From positions 320,207 through 384,206 of the forward strand of contig CBDCXW010000001.1 in assembly GCA_965223945.1 (NCBI GenBank): 64,000 nucleotides of DNA, in the 5' to 3' direction. The notes beneath the pieces were generated by a model. It was given only the letters and a program-made list of their open reading frames with translations, was not told the DNA's origin and made no database searches. The translations under genes and the position numbers were made by a program. Shown here piece by piece: positions 17,139-25,451 of the stretch (position 1 is the first letter of the stretch; every line of letters begins with the position of its first letter). The DNA comes from Dehalococcoidia bacterium. Its GTDB lineage: Bacteria > Chloroflexota > Dehalococcoidia > Lucifugimonadales > CATQGZ01.

Positions 17139-18414
17139 TCAGACCCCCGTTCGGAGGCGGATCGGCGCGTGGTCGTACGGTTTGTACGCCACCTTGAGAT
17201 GGGGTGTCTCCACCCGGACATGTCCCCGGTATCGCGACTCCATGAGGGCGTCGAGCGCCCCGCTGACCAGAAGCGTGCGCTCCACCGGGTACTGCGGCCG
17301 GCCGGTGACGAACATCTCCTGTATGTTCAGGCCCTGGTAGATGAAGGGCTGGTCCTGTTCTCCGGTTCGAATGAATCCCGTACTCTCCACCCGGCCGTTC
17401 ACTCTTGCGGCGTACCCGAACGCTCGCAGGTGTCCCGGGAGCAGCAGCGTGGCGGCGCGAAGGCCGTCGGAGTATTCCAGGATGAAGACGACCGGGTTCT
17501 GGCAGTTGTCCTCCATGCGCCCATCCGCCTTGAGCGGGACCGGGCCGTCAGCCGTTCCCACGGGTACGCCGAACAGCCGCAGCGGGGGAAGCTGCCCCAC
17601 GCGGGCCTCGGCGGCCTCGGCAAGCTCGCGCGACCAGAGCCCCTGCTCGCCGGCCTCCCACACGGCGTTGCCCTCCAGGCACTGGACGGCCGCGATGCCG
17701 CTCTCGCCCCCGCTCCTGCGTTCCACCATGCACTGCAGTCCCTCCAGAGCGTGGAACCCGTACGAGTCCAGTCCGAAGAGGAAGGGGTGGATATAGCCTA
17801 TCGACAGCGCCTCCTCTATCGGCGTGCCCGGCTCGTGCTCCAGCTCGGGACCGCGGGAACACAGGGGCAGCGCCGAGCCCGCCATGAACGGCACATCCAG
17901 CTCCCGGGCGCGCTCGTACATCCACAGGGCATCGCGCCAGTCGTACGCCAGGTGCTTGTCGTTGAATACGGGCACTGAGCGTCCCGACATCGCAAAGACG
18001 CCGCAGACCTGCTCGAAGAAGTAGCGTCTCGGGTACAGGTGCCTCTGCCGCTCGTTGCCGGCGTAGTCCCCGTGCTCAGCGACGATCAGGACTCCATCCA
18101 CCGCCAGCTCTCCGGGGCGTGTGTCGTCCTCGGGCGTCCAGTGACCCGGCCTTCCCTGCGGCGTCATGGTCAGGGCGCCACGGATGCTCTGGTGAATCTC
18201 GATGCCGTACTCGCGCGCCCAGCTCCGTCTCCATGCCTGTCCAGTGAGGCTGGTCGACGTACATCGACACCAGGTCCACCTCAGGCTCGACGATGCGGCC
18301 GTCGCTCGTGGGGAACCCTCTGGCGAACTTGGACACGACCAGGTCAGCGTGGGAGCCATGGGGGGCTGGGAAGAAGGCTGTAACGATTGCGGCTATTCTC
18401 TTACGCTCTGCCAT
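17139..18414 (-). pseudogene. Conserved hypothetical protein split by an apparent 1-nt frameshift near 18215-18250
   Basis: ORF 18076..18414 gives a plausible N-terminus (MAERKRIAAIVTAFFPAPHGSHADLVVSKF...VSMYVDQP) and then degenerates. ORF 17139..18359 is junk for its first ~45 aa and then becomes protein-like (WAREYGIEIHQSIRGAL...LAVDGVLIVAEHGDYAGNE...VPVFNDKHLAYDW). The two frames differ by 1. Confidence 0.6.
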
Positions 18415-18513
18415 TTGGGCATTCTCCCTTTCATCGTGGGCGACGCTCGCGAGCCGTAGAGGCTGCGATCGAACGACGATGCTGGTCGCCCATGCTACAG
18501 TTAGCGCGGGTGC

Positions 18514-20787
18514 TTGTCCTGGGATGGAGTCACGGACATGAAGGGAAGGCGTCGAATCGCCATTGGTGCCGGATTGGCTGCCGCAGCGTTGCTCGCCTCG
18601 CTCACTGCCTATCTCGTCCTCTCATCACGCCAACCCTCTCCAACGAGTCCTGAGATAGCGCTTCTGAACGCCGCGAAGACCGAGGACCTTGCGACCCTCT
18701 GCCCCACCCTGGCCGCCGGCGACGACCCGTACTACGGCACCCGCCAGCGCGCGAAGCTGCGGAAGCAGCTGGAGGACGCCGCCTCCATGGGCTACCCGTG
18801 GCTGGTCGGCGCGCACATAGCCGTGGCCCGCGACCATCTCCGCTTCGGAGAAACCGACGAGGCCGTCAACGTCCTGAAACAGGCCCTGGAGGCCGATCCG
18901 GGGGAGGACACGCGCGGGATATACAGGCCTCAGCTGCTGGAGGAGCTGGGCGTCGTCTACCTGAAGATGGGTGAGCTCGACAACTGCCTCAGCCCAGAGG
19001 GAGTCCTCATATGCATGCTGCCCCTCGACTCATCCGTGGCGCAGACGGACACCGAGGGCTCCCAGAGCGCGGTCGCGGTCCTCACGGAGCTCCTGGAGAT
19101 GCAGCCGGACAACATCAGGGCCAGGTGGCTGCTGAACATAGCCCACATGACGCTGGGGACCTATCCGTCCGACGTGCCGGAAGACTACCTGGTCCCGCCC
19201 TCGCGGCTCAGGGGTGACTACGACATAGGAAGATTCGAGGATATATCGGCCAGGGCAGGCCTATACTCCGTGACCCTGGCCGGGGGCAGCATCGTAGATG
19301 ACTTCGACAACGACGGCCTGCTGGACATCATGACCTCAACCTGGGACCCCTGCGGGTCGATGGCCTACCACCACAACGACGGCAACGGCTCGTTCTCGGA
19401 CCACACCGCGCGCGCGGGGCTTTCGGGGCAGCTTGGCGGCCTCAACATGGTCCAGGCCGACTACGACAACGACGGCTGGATGGACGCGCTGGTCATGCGT
19501 GGAGGATGGATGCGTGAAAACGGCCGCATCCGGATGTCTCTGCTGCGGAACAACGCCGATGGGACGTTCTCCGATGTGACCGTAGAAGCGGGCCTCTCTC
19601 GCCCGTCGTACCCGAGTCAGAGCGCCGCCTGGGCCGACTACGATAATGACGGAGACCTCGACCTCTTCTCCTGCAACGAGTCCGAGCCCGTGCGCGGCTA
19701 TGACCTCGTCACCTTCGACGTCAAGTTCCCGAGCCAGCTCTTCCGCAACAACGGGGACGGCACTTTCACGGACGTTGCCAAGGAGGCGGGCGTCACCAAC
19801 CTGCGGTACTGCAAGGGAAGCGCCTGGGGCGACTTCGACGGCGACGGCGACCCCGATCTCTACGTGTCCAACTACGCCGCCGAGAATAGGCTGTACCGCA
19901 ACGACGGACAGGGAGTCTTCACCGACGTGGCGGCGGACCTTAGAGTCACCGAGCCGCGCCGAAGCTTCGCGACGTGGTTCTGGGACTACGACAACGACGG
20001 CCTGCTCGACCTGTTCGTCGCCGGGTACGGCCCTGAGATAGGCGAGGTGGCGGCGGACTACCTGGGCCTGCCGAACCAGGGCCCCCGGCCGCGTCTGTAC
20101 AGGAACGCCGGCGACGCCGGGTTCGTCGACGTCACCCGCTCGGTGGGTCTGTACAGGGTCCACATGCCAATGGGCGCGAACTTCGGCGACCTCGATAACG
20201 ACGGGTACCCGGACTTCTATCTGGGGACCGGATACCCAACCTTCGACGCCATCGGGCCGAACGTCATGTACCGGAACGAAGGAGGGGAGTCGTTCTCGGA
20301 CGTCACCTTCTCCGGGGGTTTCGGCCACATTCAGAAGGGCCACGGCGTTGCGTTCGGAGACCTCGACCGCGACGGGGACCAGGACATCTTCGTGCAGATG
20401 GGCGGCTTCTATCCTGGAGATGGGTTCCCCAACGCACTGTTTGAGAACCCCGGCCACGGCGGCCGGTGGCTCTCCGTCCGCCTGGAGGGCACGGAGTCGA
20501 ACCGCGCGGGAATCGGGGCGAGGATTCGGATAGACGTGGAGGAGGACGGCAGGATGCGGACGGTCTACGCTCACGTGGGCAGCGGAGGAAGCTTCGGGGC
20601 CTCGAGCATCGAGCAGGAGATCGGCCTGGGCCGGGCGAGTCGCATAGTGTCCCTTGAGGTCTACTGGCCGACCAGCAGGCTACGGCAGTCATTCGACCGC
20701 GTTCCGCTCGACTCCAACGTCCTGGTGCGAGAGGGCGACGACAGGCTCAGGCTTCGGGAAGACATACGGCGCTTCAGCTTCCGCTGA
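18514..20787 (+). CDS. TPR + FG-GAP/VCBS-repeat protein with ASPIC/UnbV-like C-terminus (CRTAC1-family)
   Basis: 757 aa with an N-terminal signal/anchor. Motifs DDFDNDGLLDIM, ADYDNDGWMDALV, ADYDNDGDLDLF, GDFDGDGDPDLYV, WDYDNDGLLDLFV, GDLDNDGYPDFY and GDLDRDGDQDIFV. The C-terminus reads GIGARIRIDV...HVGSGGSFGASS. Confidence 0.85.
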   Translation: MSWDGVTDMKGRRRIAIGAGLAAAALLASLTAYLVLSSRQPSPTSPEIALLNAAKTEDLATLCPTLAAGDDPYYGTRQRAKLRKQLEDAASMGYPWLVGAHIAVARDHLRFGETDEAVNVLKQALEADPGEDTRGIYRPQLLEELGVVYLKMGELDNCLSPEGVLICMLPLDSSVAQTDTEGSQSAVAVLTELLEMQPDNIRARWLLNIAHMTLGTYPSDVPEDYLVPPSRLRGDYDIGRFEDISARAGLYSVTLAGGSIVDDFDNDGLLDIMTSTWDPCGSMAYHHNDGNGSFSDHTARAGLSGQLGGLNMVQADYDNDGWMDALVMRGGWMRENGRIRMSLLRNNADGTFSDVTVEAGLSRPSYPSQSAAWADYDNDGDLDLFSCNESEPVRGYDLVTFDVKFPSQLFRNNGDGTFTDVAKEAGVTNLRYCKGSAWGDFDGDGDPDLYVSNYAAENRLYRNDGQGVFTDVAADLRVTEPRRSFATWFWDYDNDGLLDLFVAGYGPEIGEVAADYLGLPNQGPRPRLYRNAGDAGFVDVTRSVGLYRVHMPMGANFGDLDNDGYPDFYLGTGYPTFDAIGPNVMYRNEGGESFSDVTFSGGFGHIQKGHGVAFGDLDRDGDQDIFVQMGGFYPGDGFPNALFENPGHGGRWLSVRLEGTESNRAGIGARIRIDVEEDGRMRTVYAHVGSGGSFGASSIEQEIGLGRASRIVSLEVYWPTSRLRQSFDRVPLDSNVLVREGDDRLRLREDIRRFSFR

Positions 20788-20891
20788 AGCCGCCTGCGCG
20801 ATGCGCCCGGTGGCTGACGCTAGGCGGGCTGGTGTAGAATCATCGTCGTCCTGCGATACCGAGCCTTCAGGAGAGGGCCATAGACCCCCAG

Positions 20892-21149
20892 ATTGCAGAA
20901 GAGGCGGCAGTCCTCACCGGAATCGGCGTCGGCACCGCCTTCGCCCTACTCGCGCTGATGATCACGATGGTCACGGCCTTCAGGATGTTCTCCGACGGCG
21001 TACTGGACAGACTTGCGGAGAGGGCCGAGGATCGCCGGACGGCTGCGGCCGCGGAGACACGGCTCAAGGCGCTCGCCGCCGTTGCCGCCATAACCGCCCT
21101 TCGCCGGAGCGCCCGATCCAACGAATCTTCCGATGACGCCGATGCCTAA
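20892..21149 (+). CDS. Small single-TM subunit of a Na+-translocating decarboxylase (OadG-like). The start is uncertain and possibly non-canonical.
   Basis: The in-frame reading upstream of the track's ATG (20958) gives IAEEAAVLTGIGVGTAFALLALMITMVTAF, a complete N-terminal TM helix as in the OadG family. Starting at 20958 would truncate the helix. No ATG/GTG/TTG occurs between the stop at 20835 and 20958. It lies directly upstream of the beta subunit gene. Confidence 0.45.
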   Translation: MAEEAAVLTGIGVGTAFALLALMITMVTAFRMFSDGVLDRLAERAEDRRTAAAAETRLKALAAVAAITALRRSARSNESSDDADA

Positions 21150-21180
21150 TACACCGACCGCGCACGGCGGATAGACTACC

Positions 21181-22353
21181 TTGTCAGAATTCGTCGACTT
21201 CCTGCGCGATACCGGCCTCTACCAGATCGACCCAGGCCAGGGCATCATGCTCCTGGTGGGCCTCGGCTTCATATACCTCGCCATCACGCGGGACCTCGAG
21301 CCCTACGAGCTTCTGCCGATAGGACTCGGCATCCTGATAGCCAATCTGGTCCCCGACCTGACGCGGCTCACGCTGTTCCAGGAAGGCGCGACAGGCTACC
21401 AGGAGTCGGGAATATTCGGGATCATCTTCCACTACGGGCTCTCGTTCTGGAACCTGCTGCCCCCGATCATCTTCCTCGGCCTCGGCGCCATGACCGACTT
21501 CGGGCCGCTCATCGCCAACCCGCGCCTGATGCTCCTGGGGGCCGCCGCCCAGATAGGCATATTCGCCGCTCTATGGGGCGCGTTGGCGATAGGCTCCCTC
21601 GGACTCAACATCGACTTCACCCTCGCGCAGGCGGCGGCCATATCTATCATTGGCGGAGCCGACGGCCCCACAGCGATCTTCCTCTCGGCGAGGCTCGCCC
21701 CGGAGATACTGGGCATCACGGCGGTCATCGCCTACTCGTACATGGCCGCCATTGCATTCATCCAGCCGCCGATCATGAAGCTTCTGACGACCGAGAATGA
21801 GCGGAAGATCGAGATGAAGCCTCCGCGGGAGGTCTCCCAGCGCGAGAAGCTGGTCTTCCCGGCCCTCGCGATGATCGTCATCATACTCATCGTTCCCCAG
21901 TCGGCGCCGCTCGTGTCGATGTTCATGATCGGCAACCTCTTCAGGGAGAGCGGCGTGGTGCCGAGACTGACCTCCGCGGCGTCCAACTCCCTGCTGAACA
22001 TCGCCACGATCTTCCTGATGGTCACCGTGGGAGCGCAGCTCTCGGCAGATGTCGTGTTCGACAGGACCACGCTCGCAATACTCGCACTCGGACTGGTCGC
22101 CTTCTGCCTGGGGACCGCCGGGGGCATTCTCTTCGCCAAGCTCATGAACCTCTTCACCAAGGAGAAGATCAACCCGCTCGTTGGGTCCGCGGGCGTGTCG
22201 GCGGTGCCGATGGCCGCCCGGATGTCGCACCACATGGGACAGCAGGCCAACCCGAAGTCCTACCTGCTGGGTCACGCGATGGCGCCAAACGTCGCCGGCG
22301 TGATCGGGTCCGCCGTAGTTGCCGGCGTCTTCATCTCCAGGTTGGGAACGTGA
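21181..22353 (+). CDS. Na+-translocating decarboxylase beta subunit (OadB/GcdB/MmdB family)
   Basis: 390 aa polytopic membrane protein. Its N-terminus and overall pattern (LLPIGLGILIANL..., GGADGPTAIF, VGSAGVSAVPMAAR) are characteristic of the family. TTG start. Confidence 0.85.
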   Translation: MSEFVDFLRDTGLYQIDPGQGIMLLVGLGFIYLAITRDLEPYELLPIGLGILIANLVPDLTRLTLFQEGATGYQESGIFGIIFHYGLSFWNLLPPIIFLGLGAMTDFGPLIANPRLMLLGAAAQIGIFAALWGALAIGSLGLNIDFTLAQAAAISIIGGADGPTAIFLSARLAPEILGITAVIAYSYMAAIAFIQPPIMKLLTTENERKIEMKPPREVSQREKLVFPALAMIVIILIVPQSAPLVSMFMIGNLFRESGVVPRLTSAASNSLLNIATIFLMVTVGAQLSADVVFDRTTLAILALGLVAFCLGTAGGILFAKLMNLFTKEKINPLVGSAGVSAVPMAARMSHHMGQQANPKSYLLGHAMAPNVAGVIGSAVVAGVFISRLGT

Positions 22354-22366
22354 ATGCCCCATCCCA

Positions 22367-22397
22367 GTCATTCCGGCGAGGGCCGGAATCCATCCCC
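22367..22397. repeat. GTCATTCCGGC-GAGG-GCCGGAATCCATCCCC hairpin (interspersed family, copy 2)
   Basis: Read directly, 14 nt after the stop of the beta subunit gene. Confidence 0.75.
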
Positions 22398-22434
22398 GTC
22401 ATCGACATGAGCGCCATATCCCCATAGCGACACC

Positions 22435-22842
22435 ATGCCGAAGCTGAGAGTGAGAGTCGAAGACAGGTGGTTCGACGTCGAGGTGGACGACCTCGACGGC
22501 AACCCCGTCCGCGTCCGCGTCGACGGCGAGATCGTCGACGTCGAAATCGACGCCGGAGAGACTCGAGAGGCACCGGTCGCCGCGGCTCCGCAGCAACCGG
22601 TGCGGACGCCCTCCCCCGGGCCCTCGCCCGTCAGGACATTCCGCTCTCCGATGCCGGGCTCGATCATCTCCGTGTCCGTCAAGGAAGGAGACCAGATCGT
22701 CACGGGAGACGAGGTGTGCCTGCTGGAGTCGATGAAGATGCGCCAGAGCCTCCGGGCCGACTGGTCGGGCATCGTCAAGACGGTGCACGTCAAGGCAGGC
22801 GACCAGGTGCCGCACGGCCACCCGATCGTCGACCTGGAGTAG
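22435..22842 (+). CDS. Biotin carboxyl carrier (biotinyl/lipoyl domain) subunit of the decarboxylase
   Basis: 135 aa. A Pro/Ala linker is followed by SPMPGSIISVSVKEGDQIVTGDEVCLLESMKMRQSLRADWSGIVKTVHVKAGD, which contains the biotinylation motif E(S/A)MKM. Confidence 0.85.
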   Translation: MPKLRVRVEDRWFDVEVDDLDGNPVRVRVDGEIVDVEIDAGETREAPVAAAPQQPVRTPSPGPSPVRTFRSPMPGSIISVSVKEGDQIVTGDEVCLLESMKMRQSLRADWSGIVKTVHVKAGDQVPHGHPIVDLE

Positions 22843-23057
22843 GCGTCCTCCCCAGGGCAATCGCATTATGTTCGTGACGATTGCCTCCAGTGAGCGAGTC
22901 GGACACCGCAAGGCGAGGCAGGGTCTCGCGCTGCTCAATGGAAAATTTTTCTCCCGAATGTGTCAAAGATCTGTCGATTCCATAGCTGGGCGTGTTGATT
23001 TGCTGGACACTTTTTCGACACCCACTGGGACGCCCACGGCTCCAGCAGGTACGGGGT

Positions 23058-23094
23058 GGTCTAACCGCAGAGTACACGGAGAGCGCAGAGAGAG
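23058..23094. repeat. Interspersed repeat GGTCTAACCGC(AGAGTACAC)GGAGAGCGCAGAGAG
   Basis: An inverted copy lacking the 9-nt insert lies at 40692-40717. Confidence 0.7.
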
Positions 23095-23278
23095 TCGGTC
23101 GTTGGCATAGGGGAAGAGTAGCACATCTGTGCGGGCGAGTCAAGCGCTGGTGGGACTAGACTCAGTCTTCAAGGTCGTCCCGAAGCTGAATTTGACATAT
23201 ATCTTGCTACCTCTGTTCCCATCCCGTATCCTTCCGCGAACACAGGCTCGAAACGCGCAATCCCCAGAGGAGGACACC

Positions 23279-24193
23279 ATGGGAAAGAGACTTGGCTTCG
23301 GTGACTATCAGTACGAGGCGGTCGAGAACTGGGCCGGAATCGACATCCCCGGCGTGGCCTCGGACGTGGCGACCGACTCCGCACGCCGTGTCTACGTCGC
23401 CACCCGTACGAACCAGGCCTTCGACAACAACACCGGCGTGGTCCTGGTGTTCGACGAGAACGGCAGGTTCCTGAGCGCATTCGGCGGGGACAGGCTCCGC
23501 ACGCCTCACCACATCACGGTGGGCCCCGAGGAGGAGATATACCTCACGGACTGTTTCGACCACGTCGTCCGCAAGTACTCGACCGACGGCGAGCTTCTGC
23601 AGGTAATCGGCACTCCCGGTCAGCCCGGACTGCCGGGCGGTCCGTTCAACCAGCCGACCTGCGCGGTGCGCTCGCACAAGTCCGGCGACATCTTCATCTC
23701 CGACGGATACCGGCAGAGCCGCATCCACCGTTTCACCGGCGAAGGCGAGCTGGTGCTCTCCTGGGGCAAGGGCGAGCAGAACCTGTACGACCTGGAGGTC
23801 TGGAAGGACGACTCGCCAGCGGGCACCGGACCCGGCGAGTTCAACTGCCCCCACGGCCTTGGGGTCGACAGCGAGGACCGCGTCTACGTCCAGGACCGCA
23901 GCAACAACCGTATCCAGGTCTTCGACAACCAGGGGACATACCTCTTCGAGTGGGAGATCCCCGGCTCGAACCAGGCCGTATTCGACGACGATGGCATGGT
24001 GCACTCGGCTTCCAATGGGCAGGTGTGGGTCTCTACCCCGGACGGAAAGAACCTCGGCTCGTGGGGGGAGAGGGGCCCCGAGCCCTGGCAGTTCACCGGC
24101 GGCGCGCACGGCATCTGGATAGACAACGCGGGAGCGGTGTACGTCGGCCAGGTGGGAGCGGAGAACGGCCTGAACAAGTTCGCCCGGGTGTAA
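23279..24193 (+). CDS. NHL-repeat beta-propeller protein (third paralogue type), no signal peptide
   Basis: The start ATG 23279 has GAGGAGGA upstream; the track ORF from 23129 is an extension. Repeats include PHHITVGPEEEIYLTDCFDHVVRKY, FNQPTCAVRSHKSGDIFISDGYRQSRIHRF and FNCPHGLGVDSEDRVYVQDRSNNRIQVF. Confidence 0.8.
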   Translation: MGKRLGFGDYQYEAVENWAGIDIPGVASDVATDSARRVYVATRTNQAFDNNTGVVLVFDENGRFLSAFGGDRLRTPHHITVGPEEEIYLTDCFDHVVRKYSTDGELLQVIGTPGQPGLPGGPFNQPTCAVRSHKSGDIFISDGYRQSRIHRFTGEGELVLSWGKGEQNLYDLEVWKDDSPAGTGPGEFNCPHGLGVDSEDRVYVQDRSNNRIQVFDNQGTYLFEWEIPGSNQAVFDDDGMVHSASNGQVWVSTPDGKNLGSWGERGPEPWQFTGGAHGIWIDNAGAVYVGQVGAENGLNKFARV

Positions 24194-24299
24194 GGGGCCT
24201 CCTGCTGTACAACGCGATGTAGTCGTGGAATAGGCCCAGGACTAGCGCCAGCGCGGCCAGCGCCACATTGACGGGCTCCAGTGCTGCCGGTCAGCCCTA

Positions 24300-24370
24300 C
24301 TAGCATGTTGGCCTGCACTGGAGCGCCTCTGGTACGTGGGCCACAACTATGGTCTCGGCCCCGGTGGCAG
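24300..24370 (-). pseudogene. Orphan remnant of the last ~24 codons plus stop of a comM/yifB-type gene
   Basis: The minus-strand translation ...ATGAETIVVAHVPEALQCRPTC* parallels ...LAGSETIGVSHVAEALQYRPTR* of the intact gene that ends at 27728. I aligned about 56 of 72 nt by hand, including an identical 13-mer TGGAGCGCCTCTG (24319-24331 and 27747-27759). Confidence 0.65.
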
Positions 24371-24492
24371 TGAATCTCCGCAAGTGGCATGCACCATCGA
24401 GGCACCCCGTCGACGAACGCCGGGCCGCAGTTTAGCCATCGGCCTCTTGGGGAAAGGGTGTACTAGCGGTACTCGGATTTCGGGTCAGTGTC

Positions 24493-25446
24493 TCATCGCT
24501 CCGGCAGCCTCTGGAGGTATTCCAGCCAACCGTCCAGCTCCTCTTCGACTGTTCCGTGTCCAAGTTGAAAGATCGGGTATCGGTTGCGAAGCAAGTCTCC
24601 AATGTGCCACATCGGCCAGAGGTTGACGAAGTCGGCAATCGATTCTCTTTCTGCATCGGACATCGGCCGGACAGAGTCGTAGGCATCGAGAAAGGCGGCC
24701 CAGTGTAGATCGTCGAACTGGAGTCTCACCAGGGCCAGATCGAATGCGCGCCAACCGTACCCGCAGAGATCGAAGTCGAACAGCTTAATGCCCGAGTCCG
24801 GATGGTAGTGGATGTTGTGCCAACCCAGATCACAGTGGACCAGCCCGTAAGCCCCTCCCTCCGTTGGGGCCCGGCTCAGACTCGCTCGCAGGTCGTCGGC
24901 AAACTCGCGAAGGAACATTGGGCTCGCCCTGTTCCGGCTGACCATGCGAGCCTCCAACAGGCGCAGCGGCTCATCCAGCAGGAAGTCCAGGTCCAGATGG
25001 TACCGGCCGTATTCGCTGGTGAACCGGTCCATCGCCTGGTGGAGCCCTGCAACAGTGCTCCCCAACTCTCTTGCGTGTGTGCTCTCCATCGTCTCCCAGA
25101 TTCCCTTTCCCTCAGCGAACTCGAACAGCACAGCCGAGCGAGTCTCCTCGCCGGATTCGAAGTCAGCGAGAGTCTGGCCGCCGGTGTCCGGGATCGGGGC
25201 CGCCACCGGTAGCCCCTGCGCCTTCAGGAAGTCAAGCAGGTCCAATTCGAAGCGCAATTCATCTGCGGTCCCTATGTAGTATTTCCCATTGAGGTAGAGC
25301 CTCAGGACGTACCTTCTGTCGCCATCTTCGACGAGATAGTGATCGTTGCCACCGCGTCGGATGAACGAACAGCGCGCAGAGGGCGACAGACCGTACCTCT
25401 GGGTCAGGAACGGGACCAGCGCTTTCGGCTCAACGCGGGTGTTCAC
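24493..25446 (-). CDS. Kinase-fold phosphotransferase (aminoglycoside phosphotransferase / homoserine kinase type II family)
   Basis: 317 aa with catalytic loop LVHCDLGWHNIHY followed by KLFDFDLCGYG (HxDxxxxN ... DFD). Confidence 0.8.
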   Translation of the reverse strand: MNTRVEPKALVPFLTQRYGLSPSARCSFIRRGGNDHYLVEDGDRRYVLRLYLNGKYYIGTADELRFELDLLDFLKAQGLPVAAPIPDTGGQTLADFESGEETRSAVLFEFAEGKGIWETMESTHARELGSTVAGLHQAMDRFTSEYGRYHLDLDFLLDEPLRLLEARMVSRNRASPMFLREFADDLRASLSRAPTEGGAYGLVHCDLGWHNIHYHPDSGIKLFDFDLCGYGWRAFDLALVRLQFDDLHWAAFLDAYDSVRPMSDAERESIADFVNLWPMWHIGDLLRNRYPIFQLGHGTVEEELDGWLEYLQRLPER

Positions 25447-25451
25447 CAGGG

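Noticed and set aside
19336-20574. The 412-aa minus-strand ORF inside the second CRTAC1-like gene.
   Set aside because: It is an antisense shadow of a gene with unmistakable FG-GAP/ASPIC motifs on the plus strand.
23129-23278. The upstream extension of the third NHL gene (start at 23129).
   Set aside because: The extension runs through repeat-rich, AT-richer intergenic DNA. The ATG at 23279 has a GAGGAGGA Shine-Dalgarno and matches the start of the propeller homology.
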